NCBI GenBank assembly: GCA_025935925.1
Contig: JAICUI010000010.1
Coordinates: 6,307-70,306, forward strand
DNA length: 64,000 nucleotides
DNA from: Chloroflexota bacterium
GTDB lineage: Bacteria > Chloroflexota > Limnocylindria > Limnocylindrales > CSP1-4
Direction of reading: 5' to 3'
Positions 9,627 through 17,804 of this stretch are shown here, piece after piece (positions within the stretch are counted from its first letter, which is position 1; each line of letters opens with the position of its first letter). The notes beneath the pieces were generated by a model, which was given only the letters and a program-made list of their open reading frames with translations, was not told where the DNA came from and made no database searches. Position numbers and translations under genes: made by a program.

Positions 9627-10681
9627 GCCGACTGCGCCTCGGTGACGAGCCGCGGCTGCGGCACCGCCGGGATGATCTGGCGGAGCAGCGAGTCGACCGT
9701 GACCTCCTCGGCGAGCGCCGTGAACGAGGGGACGACCCGATGGCGGAGGACGTCGGGGGCCAGCTCGGCGACGTCGGCCGGGACGACGTACCGCCGGCCG
9801 CGGATGAGCGCCAGAGCGCGGGCGGCGTGGATCAGGCCGATCGAGCCGCGCGGGCTCGCCCCGAAGCCGATGTACGGCGCGAGGTGGCCGAGCCCGTAGC
9901 GACCCGGCTCGCGCGTGGCCGCGACGATGGCGACGGCGTAGGCGACGATCGCCGGGTCGACGTAGATGCCCGGGCTCGCAGCCTGGAGCCGCGCGAGCCC
10001 GTCGGCGGTCAGCACCGGGCGGATCTCGGCCGACGGGCGGAGCGATCGCTCGACGACCGTCGCCTCTTCGGCGGCGGTCGGATACCCCACGACGACCTTC
10101 ATCAGGAACCGGTCGACCTGCGCCTCGGGCAGCGGGTAGGTGCCCTCCGATTCGATCGGGTTCTGCGTCGCCATCACGAGGAACGGGCGCGGGACGAGGT
10201 GCGTCTCCTGGCCGATCGTGACCTGGCGCTCCTGCATGACCTCGAGCAGCGCCGACTGGACCTTCGCGGGAGCGCGGTTGATCTCGTCCGCGAGCAGGAA
10301 GTTGCAGAACACCGGGCCGAGCTCGGTGTCGAAGGTGCCGCTGTCCGAGCGGTAGATGCGCGTGCCGACGAGGTCGCCCGGGACGAGGTCGGGCGTGAAC
10401 TGGATGCGGCGGAAGGACGCGTCGAGCGCGTCGGCGAGGGTCCGGATGGTGAGGGTCTTGGCGAGGCCCGGGACACCCTCGAGGAGCAGATGGCCGCCTG
10501 CCAGCAGCGCCACGAGCACCCGCTCGAGCATCTGGTCCTGGCCGACGATGACGCGCCGGATCTCGAACAGGACGGCCTCGGCGGTGAGGCGCGGATCGAG
10601 GCCTTCGCCCGCATTCGGGGCAGCGGGCTCGACGGCGGCGAGGGGCGCGGGCGCGCTCGCGCCACGGGTGACGTCGGTCAT
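9623..10681 (-). CDS. MoxR family AAA+ ATPase
   Basis: EGVPGLAKT, RIQFTPDL, DEINRAPAKVQSALLEVMQE, ATQNPIE..GTYPLPEAQVDRF, GASPRG. Confidence 0.95.
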   Translation of the reverse strand: MTDVTRGASAPAPLAAVEPAAPNAGEGLDPRLTAEAVLFEIRRVIVGQDQMLERVLVALLAGGHLLLEGVPGLAKTLTIRTLADALDASFRRIQFTPDLVPGDLVGTRIYRSDSGTFDTELGPVFCNFLLADEINRAPAKVQSALLEVMQERQVTIGQETHLVPRPFLVMATQNPIESEGTYPLPEAQVDRFLMKVVVGYPTAAEEATVVERSLRPSAEIRPVLTADGLARLQAASPGIYVDPAIVAYAVAIVAATREPGRYGLGHLAPYIGFGASPRGSIGLIHAARALALIRGRRYVVPADVAELAPDVLRHRVVPSFTALAEEVTVDSLLRQIIPAVPQPRLVTEAQSA

Positions 10682-10822
10682 GGGACCTCCTCTTCGCCCG
10701 TGGGCGCGGGCGGGGCGGGACTGGCACTGGTCGATCGCGGCACCTCCCTGGTGCCCGACCGGTCAGCGCAGATTGCCCTCCACCGCTGAGAGGTTCATGA
10801 GGATCGGGCGCGACCCCTCCGG

Positions 10823-11125
10823 TCAGGACGTGTAGCCGGCGCGCGCCTCCGGGATGTCCACGAGCACGGTCCCCTCGTGCTCCGCGACGACCGCCTCGAT
10901 CTCCGGCAGCCGCTCCACGCGGAACCGTCCGGCGAGGAGCGCAGGTCCGGTGCCGCCGGCGTCTCCGCCCGCCGGGCCCACCGCCACGTCGTCGTCCCCG
11001 ACGTCGAGCAGCGCGAACAGCTCGCGCTCGGCCGCCCGCGCGCCGTCCCAGTCCGGAAACACGGCGGCGACGAGGTGCAGCGAGTCAACGGCGCCCACGG
11101 AGTCAGGATCGGCCGCGACCGTCAT
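10823..11125 (-). CDS. Hypothetical protein (~100 aa)
   Basis: Protein-like composition (LVAAVFPDWDGARAAE..) downstream of the response regulator; start may instead be 11140. Confidence 0.55.
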   Translation of the reverse strand: MTVAADPDSVGAVDSLHLVAAVFPDWDGARAAERELFALLDVGDDDVAVGPAGGDAGGTGPALLAGRFRVERLPEIEAVVAEHEGTVLVDIPEARAGYTS

Positions 11126-11193
11126 GACCCTGCGGGACATCCCCGACGCCGCGTTACAGGCGCGTTGCGACGGCCCTCGCGGGTCGCCGAGCG

Positions 11194-11817
11194 TCAGCCG
11201 GCGGGGCCCGGGACCCAGGACTGGAGCCACCCCTGGCGCGCGGCGTAGCGCGCGAGCTGCGTCCGGTTGTCGACGCAGTAGCGGTCGAACAGCCGCCGGA
11301 GCATGCCCTCGACGGTCTTCGCGCGGATCCCGAGCGCCGACGCGATCTCGTCGTTCGTCGCGCCCTCGCTGAGCAGCTCGAGGAGCTGCATCTCGCGGCG
11401 AGTCGGGGGCGCCGGGGCCTGCGATGCGCTCCGGAGGACGTCGATCGAGAACCCGCGGTGGCCGGCGTGGATCCGGCGGATCGTGGCGGCGATCGTCTTG
11501 GCGTCGCTCATCTTGGACAGGTAGCCCGCGGCGCCGACCCGGATCGCGCGGACGTGATAGCTCTGGTAGTCGTAGGCCGTGAGCATCAGGAACCGCGAGC
11601 TGCCGCCGCAGCGCTGCACGAGGTCGAACCCCGCGTCCCGGCCGCCCAGCATGACGTCGCACAGGACGACGTCCGGAGCGAGCTCGTCGATCATGCGCTC
11701 GGCGCGCTCGGCACCCGTCGCGATGCCGGCGACGCGGATGTCGGGCTCCGCGCCAAGCAGCGCCGCGAGCGCCTCGGCGATCGCGGGGTGGTCTTCGACG
11801 ATGACGAGGCGGATCAC
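11194..11817 (-). CDS. NarL/LuxR-type response regulator
   Basis: IVEDHP, phosphoacceptor CDVML, GYLSK, C-terminal HTH (TRRE..GATNDEIA..KTV); AAGGAGG before GTG. Confidence 0.92.
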   Translation of the reverse strand: MIRLVIVEDHPAIAEALAALLGAEPDIRVAGIATGAERAERMIDELAPDVVLCDVMLGGRDAGFDLVQRCGGSSRFLMLTAYDYQSYHVRAIRVGAAGYLSKMSDAKTIAATIRRIHAGHRGFSIDVLRSASQAPAPPTRREMQLLELLSEGATNDEIASALGIRAKTVEGMLRRLFDRYCVDNRTQLARYAARQGWLQSWVPGPAG

Positions 11818-13205
11818 GGGGCAGCCTCCTTTCGTGACCGCGACCGGCCAGGCGTCGGACCACGACCGGCATCCCCTGTGAGCGGAAGCGTAAGCCTGGC
11901 GACGGTCCCGCCGCCCTCGCGGGGCTCGACCGCGAGGTTGCCGCCGTGTTCCAGCGTGATCTCGTGGGCGACGAACAGCCCGAGTCCCAGGCCGGACACC
12001 GCATCGGTGGACACCGCGGCGAACGGCGTGAACAGCCGCGGCAGCGCCTCCGGCGCGATCCCGCGACCGCGGTCGGAGACCGTCACGATGGCCGAACCGT
12101 CGCGGTCGCGGAGCGAGACGTCGACGGCCTGCGACGACGCGCCGTGCGTGACCGCGTTGACGAGGAGGTTCGACAGGACCTGTCGCAGGCGCAGGCGGTC
12201 GCCCGCCACGACCATCCGGCGCGATCCGGCATGGAGCCGGAGCTCGACCTCGGGGTGCAGCTCGCGGACGTTGGCCACGGCGAGCGTGAGCAGCTCCCGG
12301 AGGTCGACCGGCGTGCGCTGCACGACCACCCGACCGTGGCGGATCAGCGACACGTCGAACAGCCGCGCGGCGAGTTCGCCGAGGTAGCGCGACTGCTCGA
12401 GCGCGCCCGCGAGGTAGCGCTGCGCGGCTTCGTCGAGGCCGTCGGCGCGCTCGACGAGCTGGAGGTAGTTGTGGAGCGCCGCGAGCGGCGTCTGCAGCTC
12501 GTGGCTGGCGGTGTCGATGAACCGCTCCTGGAGGTGGCGCAGGCTGCGCTCGGTGATGTCCCGGATGACGATGATCCCGCCCCAGTCGCCGCCCGGCCGA
12601 CCCGACGCCTCGTACCACCGCCGGTCACCGTCCTCGTCGACGCGCGTGAAGGACATCGCGAACGCCTCGCCGCGGGCGGCACGCGCCTGCGGCCACTCAT
12701 CCTCCGGGAGCCGCCGTCCCGAGCCGTCCTCGGGCACGAGCTGCCGGTCGGGGCCGAAGCTCGCCCGGTAGGCCCGGTTGCTCGCCACGATCCCGCCGTC
12801 CCGGTCCACGACCAGGACGGCCTCGGACATCCCGTCGAAGATGAGCGCCAGGCCCTCGCGCTCGGTCGCCTCGAGGTCGTCCTGCGGTTCCCGCGTCTCG
12901 CGGGCCTCCACGGCATGCTCGGTGATCACGATCGTGTGGTCGGACGGGACGACGTACACGGTCCCGGGCACGAGCCGCTCGCGCTGCTCGACCGCGGTCA
13001 CCCGCAGCGCCGTCCGGCCCGAGAGGATCTCCGCGAGGTCGGTCGCGCGCGCCGGCTCCGCCGGTTGCTCGTGGTGCGCGACCACGATCGACGCGGGGAA
13101 CGCGGCCTGCAGCGGTGCCAGCAGGTCCGACAGCGCGTCGATACCGCCCGCCGACGCACCGATCACCACGGCGACGCGGAATGCGGAGGCGGGGTCGTCG
13201 CTCAC
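11814..13205 (-). CDS. Cytoplasmic sensor histidine kinase: truncated CheB-like domain + PAS + HisKA + HATPase
   Basis: GASAGG..VVAHH at the N-terminus; PAS (IFDGMSEAVLVVD..RDITE); ASHELQTPL; NLLVNA, DRGRG, GLGLGL; GGAGGA before GTG. Confidence 0.88.
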   Translation of the reverse strand: MSDDPASAFRVAVVIGASAGGIDALSDLLAPLQAAFPASIVVAHHEQPAEPARATDLAEILSGRTALRVTAVEQRERLVPGTVYVVPSDHTIVITEHAVEARETREPQDDLEATEREGLALIFDGMSEAVLVVDRDGGIVASNRAYRASFGPDRQLVPEDGSGRRLPEDEWPQARAARGEAFAMSFTRVDEDGDRRWYEASGRPGGDWGGIIVIRDITERSLRHLQERFIDTASHELQTPLAALHNYLQLVERADGLDEAAQRYLAGALEQSRYLGELAARLFDVSLIRHGRVVVQRTPVDLRELLTLAVANVRELHPEVELRLHAGSRRMVVAGDRLRLRQVLSNLLVNAVTHGASSQAVDVSLRDRDGSAIVTVSDRGRGIAPEALPRLFTPFAAVSTDAVSGLGLGLFVAHEITLEHGGNLAVEPREGGGTVARLTLPLTGDAGRGPTPGRSRSRKEAAP

Positions 13206-13350
13206 GATTCCTCCGGTCGCGTGCCCAGATGCCCGGGCGCCGCCACGCACGCATCCCCCGCTGATCCGGCGGCCATTCTAGACCCGTGGGCGCGGACGGA
13301 GCCCGTGGCACCATGGCGGGGACGACGATGCCAGGCACGGAGGCCCACCG

Positions 13351-14304
13351 ATGACCGAGACCCGCCTCGGGGTCCTGCTATGGAACCAGGCCACGGGGTG
13401 GCCGGAGTACGAGGCCGCGGCGCGCAAGGTCGACGCGCTCGGCTACGACTCGTTGTGGTCGTGGGACCACCTGTACGCGATCTTCGGCGACCCGCACCAG
13501 GCGATCTTCGAGGGCTACACGACCCTCGCCGCGTGGGCGAAGGCGACGTCGAGGGTGAAGCTCGGGCTGCTCGTCGGGGCGAACACGTTCCGCAACCCGG
13601 GTGTCGTGGCCAAGGCGATCACGACGATCGACCACGTGAGCGGCGGGCGGGCGATCTGCGGCCTCGGCGGCGCCTGGATGGAACCCGAGCACACCGCGAC
13701 GGGGATCGAGTTCTTCAGCGGCTTCGGCGAGCGGCTCGACCGGCTGGACGAGGCGGTGGCGGCGCTGCGGGCCGCGCTGGACGGGGAGGCCGTCACGTCA
13801 CCGGAGGGCGGGGCGTACGCCTTCCAGGACTTCGTCGTGCTCCCGCGGCCCGTCCAGGCGCACCTGCCGATCATGATCGGCGGGTCGGGCGAGAAGAAGA
13901 CGCTGCGCACGGTGGCGAAGTACGCGGACCAGTGGAATGCGATGGGTGCGGTCGACATGCTGGCGCGCAAGGTCGAGGTGCTCAAGGGCCACTGCGACGC
14001 CGTGGGCCGCGACGTCTCGACGATCCAGTTCACCGCCGGCTGCAAGCCGATCATCCGGGACTCCGAGGCCGAGGCGCGTCGCGTCTGGGAGGCGCAGATG
14101 GCGCACAACCGGACGCCGATGGACGACGTCCTCGACGACGACACGTTCTGGGTCGGGACGCCGGATCTCATCGTCGAGCGGATGCTGGAGCGCAAGGCGC
14201 TCGGCTTCCACACGTTCCTCGCCGAGCTCGCGGCGCCGTTCGACGACGAGACGATCGAGCGCTGGATCGGCGAGGTGCTCCCGATGGTGGATCGCGCGTC
14301 GTAG
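13351..14304 (+). CDS. LLM-class (luciferase-like) flavin/F420-dependent oxidoreductase
   Basis: GYDSLWSWDH, FRNPG..AK..TIDHVSGGR, PIMIGGSGEKKTLR..AKYADQWN; GGAGG RBS. Confidence 0.92.
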   Translation: MTETRLGVLLWNQATGWPEYEAAARKVDALGYDSLWSWDHLYAIFGDPHQAIFEGYTTLAAWAKATSRVKLGLLVGANTFRNPGVVAKAITTIDHVSGGRAICGLGGAWMEPEHTATGIEFFSGFGERLDRLDEAVAALRAALDGEAVTSPEGGAYAFQDFVVLPRPVQAHLPIMIGGSGEKKTLRTVAKYADQWNAMGAVDMLARKVEVLKGHCDAVGRDVSTIQFTAGCKPIIRDSEAEARRVWEAQMAHNRTPMDDVLDDDTFWVGTPDLIVERMLERKALGFHTFLAELAAPFDDETIERWIGEVLPMVDRAS

Positions 14305-14400
14305 CGATCTCGCTCCGGAGTCCGATCGCGCGCGCATCATCCGGCGCCCGGTGCGGCGACCGCGGGGCGCCGCCCGTGCGACGCCCGCGGGGCGCCGTCG

Positions 14401-15015
14401 CTAGCCGACGCGGGCCTGAGCCGGCACCTGGTAGCCGTGCTCCGCGATCTCGCCGGCACGCTCGCGATACGCCTCCGTGGTCGGCGCCGTCCGCGCGCGG
14501 AAGCCTTCCACCAGCCGGTTGTACATCGAGAACGCCGACGCGATGAGGACCGCGAGCTGGACGTCCTGGTCGGTGGCGCCGGCATCGAGCGCGGCCTGGA
14601 CGTCCGCCGCGTCGAGCCCGCGCGGCGTCTCGGCGAGGGTCCGCGCGATGGACAGGAGTGCGCACATCTTCTCGTCGAGGCCGTCGGACGAGCCGGTCTT
14701 GACGATGTCGATCAGCGGCACGAGGTCGGTCGCGCCCTCGCGCTCGAGGAGCGCCGTCGCGAACGCGCCGTGCGAGTCCATGCAGAAGAAGCAGTCGTTG
14801 CTCGCGGACACGGCCGTCGCGAGCAGCTCGCGCTGGTCGCGGCGGAGCGTCGCGCCCGGGTAGTCGTTGACGAGCAGCTCGTCGGCGAGGCCGCGCAGGT
14901 GGAGCCCGAGCCCGGGCCGCAGGCGCATCGCGACGCCGATCCCCGGGACGTCGGGCAGGCTCCCGACGATGGGATCCTGCTCGGCGCGCTCCGCGCGCTC
15001 CTCGTCGCGTGCCAT
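14401..15015 (-). CDS. AhpD/carboxymuconolactone decarboxylase family peroxidase-related protein
   Basis: RELLATAVSASNDCFFCMDSH (E..CxxC..H) and FSMYNR motifs. Confidence 0.85.
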   Translation of the reverse strand: MARDEERAERAEQDPIVGSLPDVPGIGVAMRLRPGLGLHLRGLADELLVNDYPGATLRRDQRELLATAVSASNDCFFCMDSHGAFATALLEREGATDLVPLIDIVKTGSSDGLDEKMCALLSIARTLAETPRGLDAADVQAALDAGATDQDVQLAVLIASAFSMYNRLVEGFRARTAPTTEAYRERAGEIAEHGYQVPAQARVG

Positions 15016-15119
15016 CCGCTTCTCCTCGAGACCGGCCGTCGGGGTGCGTGGGAAGTATCATCCGGGACCGTCATGCCTGCAGCGCCCCTGTTCCCTCCCG
15101 CGCGCGACCGGCGTCACCC

Positions 15120-16727
15120 GTGACCGCGGCTCCGGCGACCCGCCCCGCGGGCCGCACGCTGACCCTCGGCGGGACGGCCTACCCGCTCGTCCTGCCCAAC
15201 ATCCGCGACCCGCGGCTCCACGTGGCGTCCGTGATCATCACGATCCACGTGCTCGGCCAGGTCGGGCTGCATTTCCATGTCAGCGTCCCCCAGATCCTCG
15301 CCGCGATCGCCGCATGCTGGGTGCTCGAGGTGGCGCTCACGTTCCGTTCGGCACGGATGTTCGTGTGGCCGGCGAGCGCGATGCTCACGGGCTCCGGCGT
15401 CGCGCTCATCCTGCGGGTCGTCGGGACGCCGGCCGATCAGCCCTGGTACACCGGCGACTGGTGGGTGTTCGCGGCGGTCGCGGCGTTCTCGCTCGCCACG
15501 AAGTACGTCATCAAGTACCGCGGCTCGCACGTGTTCAACCCGTCGAACGTGGGCCTCGTCATCGCCTTCATCGTCCTCGGCAGCTCGCGCGTCGAGCCGC
15601 TCGACTTCTGGTGGGGGCCGCTGAGCGTCTGGCTCGTCATCGCGTACGCGGTGATCCTCGTCGGCGGGACGCTGATCACGCGGCGGCTCAAGCTGCTCGC
15701 GCTCGCCGTGACGTTCTGGGTCGCGTTCGCCGCCGCGCAGGGTGTGCTCGCGGCGTCCGGCCACTGCATGACCGCCAACTGGGCGTTCGCCCCCGTGTGC
15801 GGCGCCGACTACTGGCGCGTCGTGGTGACGTCGCCGGAGGTGCTGATCTTCCTGTTCTTCATGATCACGGACCCGAAGACGACGCCCTCGGGACGCGTCG
15901 GGCGGGTGCTGTTCGGGCTGCTGGTCGCCGTCGCGAGCACGCTGCTGATGGCACCCCAGGTCGACGAGTTCGGCACCAAGGTCGCGCTGCTGTCGGGCCT
16001 CGTCCTGATGTGCGCGCTGCGGCCGCTGATCGACCGCGTGGTCCCGGAGCCGCGCTCCGCAGCCGACCGGCTGCGGCCGTTCGCGGCTCGCCTCGTCCCG
16101 TCGAGGATCACCGGCCCCGCCCGCGGGATCGCCGGGATTGCGCTCGCGGCCGTCGCGGTCGCCGTCGTCGGCAGCGGCATCGTCCTCGCCGGGTCGCCGG
16201 CGAGGGCAAGTCACGCCGCGGTGTCGTCCGAGGCGCTCACCCGGCCGCCGACGACCGTCAACACCGACACGCTGCCGGCGATCACGGTCGGCGACGACGT
16301 CCTGTCGTTCGACCACACGCTCGACGCGTCGGGGATGGCGGCCGTGGTCGTGACGCTTGCCCAGAACCTCGAGCTCGAGAACCGGGCACTGCTGACCCGC
16401 GACGCCGGCCTGCTGGCCGAGATCGACCACGGCGACCGGCTCGACGAGATGCGGGCGACGCTCGCGAGCGAGGCCGCGACGGGCACCACGCACGTCGAGC
16501 ACTACGCCTTCGACACCATCGACGCCCACCTCATCGTCCCGTTCGGCAAGCAGACGGGGGCGTCGCTCGGGCTCGACGCGAAGGGCACGGTGACCGAGGA
16601 GACCTACGACGCGAATGGCACGCTGCTGTCGACCCGCGCGGCGCCGTTCGCGCAGACGTTCGCGGTGCGCCGGGCGCTGGGCGACCGATGGCTCAACGTG
16701 GGCGTGCTTCCCTATGGGACGAGATAG
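15120..16727 (+). CDS. RnfD/NqrB-like (UnbU-like) polytopic membrane protein with C-terminal extracytoplasmic domain
   Basis: DPR, SAMLTG, KYVI..HVFNPSN, FFMITDPKTTP, many TM helices, soluble ~170-aa tail; start uncertain. Confidence 0.75.
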   Translation: MTAAPATRPAGRTLTLGGTAYPLVLPNIRDPRLHVASVIITIHVLGQVGLHFHVSVPQILAAIAACWVLEVALTFRSARMFVWPASAMLTGSGVALILRVVGTPADQPWYTGDWWVFAAVAAFSLATKYVIKYRGSHVFNPSNVGLVIAFIVLGSSRVEPLDFWWGPLSVWLVIAYAVILVGGTLITRRLKLLALAVTFWVAFAAAQGVLAASGHCMTANWAFAPVCGADYWRVVVTSPEVLIFLFFMITDPKTTPSGRVGRVLFGLLVAVASTLLMAPQVDEFGTKVALLSGLVLMCALRPLIDRVVPEPRSAADRLRPFAARLVPSRITGPARGIAGIALAAVAVAVVGSGIVLAGSPARASHAAVSSEALTRPPTTVNTDTLPAITVGDDVLSFDHTLDASGMAAVVVTLAQNLELENRALLTRDAGLLAEIDHGDRLDEMRATLASEAATGTTHVEHYAFDTIDAHLIVPFGKQTGASLGLDAKGTVTEETYDANGTLLSTRAAPFAQTFAVRRALGDRWLNVGVLPYGTR

Positions 16728-16743
16728 GGTCCCGGTGAAAAGG

Positions 16744-16773
16744 TTGCACGGGATCCGCGTCGTCGTGCATAGT
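16744..16773 (+). promoter_or_regulatory. Putative sigma70 promoter of the dap/lysA leader
   Basis: TTGCAC (16744-49), 18-nt spacer, CATAGT (16768-73). Confidence 0.55.
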
Positions 16774-16782
16774 GCGCGAGCC

Positions 16783-16863
16783 ATGTCGCACCACCACGCC
16801 GGCTTCGACGCAAAGCAGAAGCTCTGGCGGCCCTGCCGGAAGGCTCGGGCCCTGGGGCTCTGA
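16783..16863 (+). CDS. Putative Lys-sensing leader peptide (26 aa, MSHHHAGFDAKQKLWRPCRKARALGL)
   Basis: Short ORF between a promoter-like site and a terminator upstream of dapB; AAG codons at 16813, 16819 and 16840. Confidence 0.55.
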   Translation: MSHHHAGFDAKQKLWRPCRKARALGL

Positions 16864-16913
16864 CGGCGCGCGAGCGACGACCAGCGGAGCCTCCGGGACC
16901 GGAGGCGCCGAGG

Positions 16914-16956
16914 GGCCGCGGACACCACGAACGGTGCCGCGGCCTTTGTGATTCTT
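16914..16956 (+). terminator. Intrinsic terminator/attenuator upstream of dapB
   Basis: Stem GGCCGCGG(A)CACC / GGTGCCGCGGCC, loop ACGAAC, tail TTTGTGATTCTT. Confidence 0.7.
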
Positions 16957-17004
16957 CGGACCTCCTCCGGCCCCGCGGCCCGCACCCGCGGAGGACGTTC
17001 GAAG

Positions 17005-17778
17005 ATGCAGCTCCTGATCTACGGCCCGGGCCGGCTCGGCGGCGCGATCGCCGCGGCGGCCGTCGGGGCGGGCTGGCCGGCGCCGGGCATGCTCGGCCGC
17101 CCCGACGGCGCGTCGCGGCGGCTCGGTGCGCCCGGGGTGGACGTCGTCGTGGACGCGTCCGCCGGCGCGTCGGTCGCCGGGAACCTCGGGCACGCGCTCG
17201 ACGCCGGAAACCGGGCGTTCGTCCTCGCGGCGACCGGTTGGGATGGCGACCTGCCGCTCGTACGGTCGCTCCTCCTCGAGCATGGCGCGGCGGCCGTCGT
17301 GGCGCCCAACCTCTCGCTCGGCGCCGCGGTGTTCGGCCGCGTCGTCGAGGCGGCTGCCGGGTGGTATGCCCGGGCCGGCGGCTTCGAGCCGTCGATCGTC
17401 GAATGGCACCGTCGGGGGAAGGCCGACCGGCCGTCGGGCACCGCGCGGTCGCTGGCCCGGAGGATCGAGGCGGCGGACGGGCGATGGTCCACGGCCGCGG
17501 ACGACGGCCGCGACGGCCGCGACGGCACCCACGGCGACCGGCCGCGCCTCGAGGTCGCCGGGATCCGTGCCGGGGCTGCGCCAGGCACGCACCTCGTGAC
17601 GTTCGACGGCGCCGGCGAGTCCGTCGAGCTCCGCCTCACGGCCCGCGATCGGTCCGCGTACGCCGACGGCGCGCTCGCGGCGGCGCGCTGGCTCGTGGCC
17701 GAGCCGCGGGAGCCGGGCATCCATCCGTTCGACGCCGTCGTCGCCGGCCTCCTCGTCCCACCGGCCGTCGTGGCCTGA
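17005..17778 (+). CDS. dapB: 4-hydroxy-tetrahydrodipicolinate reductase
   Basis: GPGRLG Rossmann, ATGW, APNLSLG, EWHRRGKADRPSGTA, RAG..PGTH; first gene of the dap operon; GGAGG RBS. Confidence 0.8.
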   Translation: MQLLIYGPGRLGGAIAAAAVGAGWPAPGMLGRPDGASRRLGAPGVDVVVDASAGASVAGNLGHALDAGNRAFVLAATGWDGDLPLVRSLLLEHGAAAVVAPNLSLGAAVFGRVVEAAAGWYARAGGFEPSIVEWHRRGKADRPSGTARSLARRIEAADGRWSTAADDGRDGRDGTHGDRPRLEVAGIRAGAAPGTHLVTFDGAGESVELRLTARDRSAYADGALAAARWLVAEPREPGIHPFDAVVAGLLVPPAVVA

Positions 17779-17804
17779 ATCCCGATCGAGCAAGGAGCAT
17801 CACC

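Noticed and set aside
7594-10681. MoxR-DUF58-VWA triad as a novel system
   Set aside because: This is a widespread, well-described chaperone-like module in its standard gene order.
15120-16727. Rnf/Nqr respiratory complex or enediyne biosynthetic cluster
   Set aside because: Only a single RnfD/UnbU-like gene is present; no other subunits, PKS or UnbV gene.
16807-16816. GACGCAAAGC, matching part of the c-di-GMP-I riboswitch core
   Set aside because: The preceding GGCAAAC..GAAA-tetraloop hairpin and the receptor stem are absent; the match coincides with the Asp-Ala-Lys codons of the leader ORF.
16730-16900. Lysine riboswitch upstream of the dap operon
   Set aside because: Only scattered resemblance (AGGTTGC, GCCGGAAGG, GGAGC). 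I see no AGUA/GAA loop-E pair and no room for the P4/P5 hairpins. An Infernal RF00168 search is needed to close this formally.
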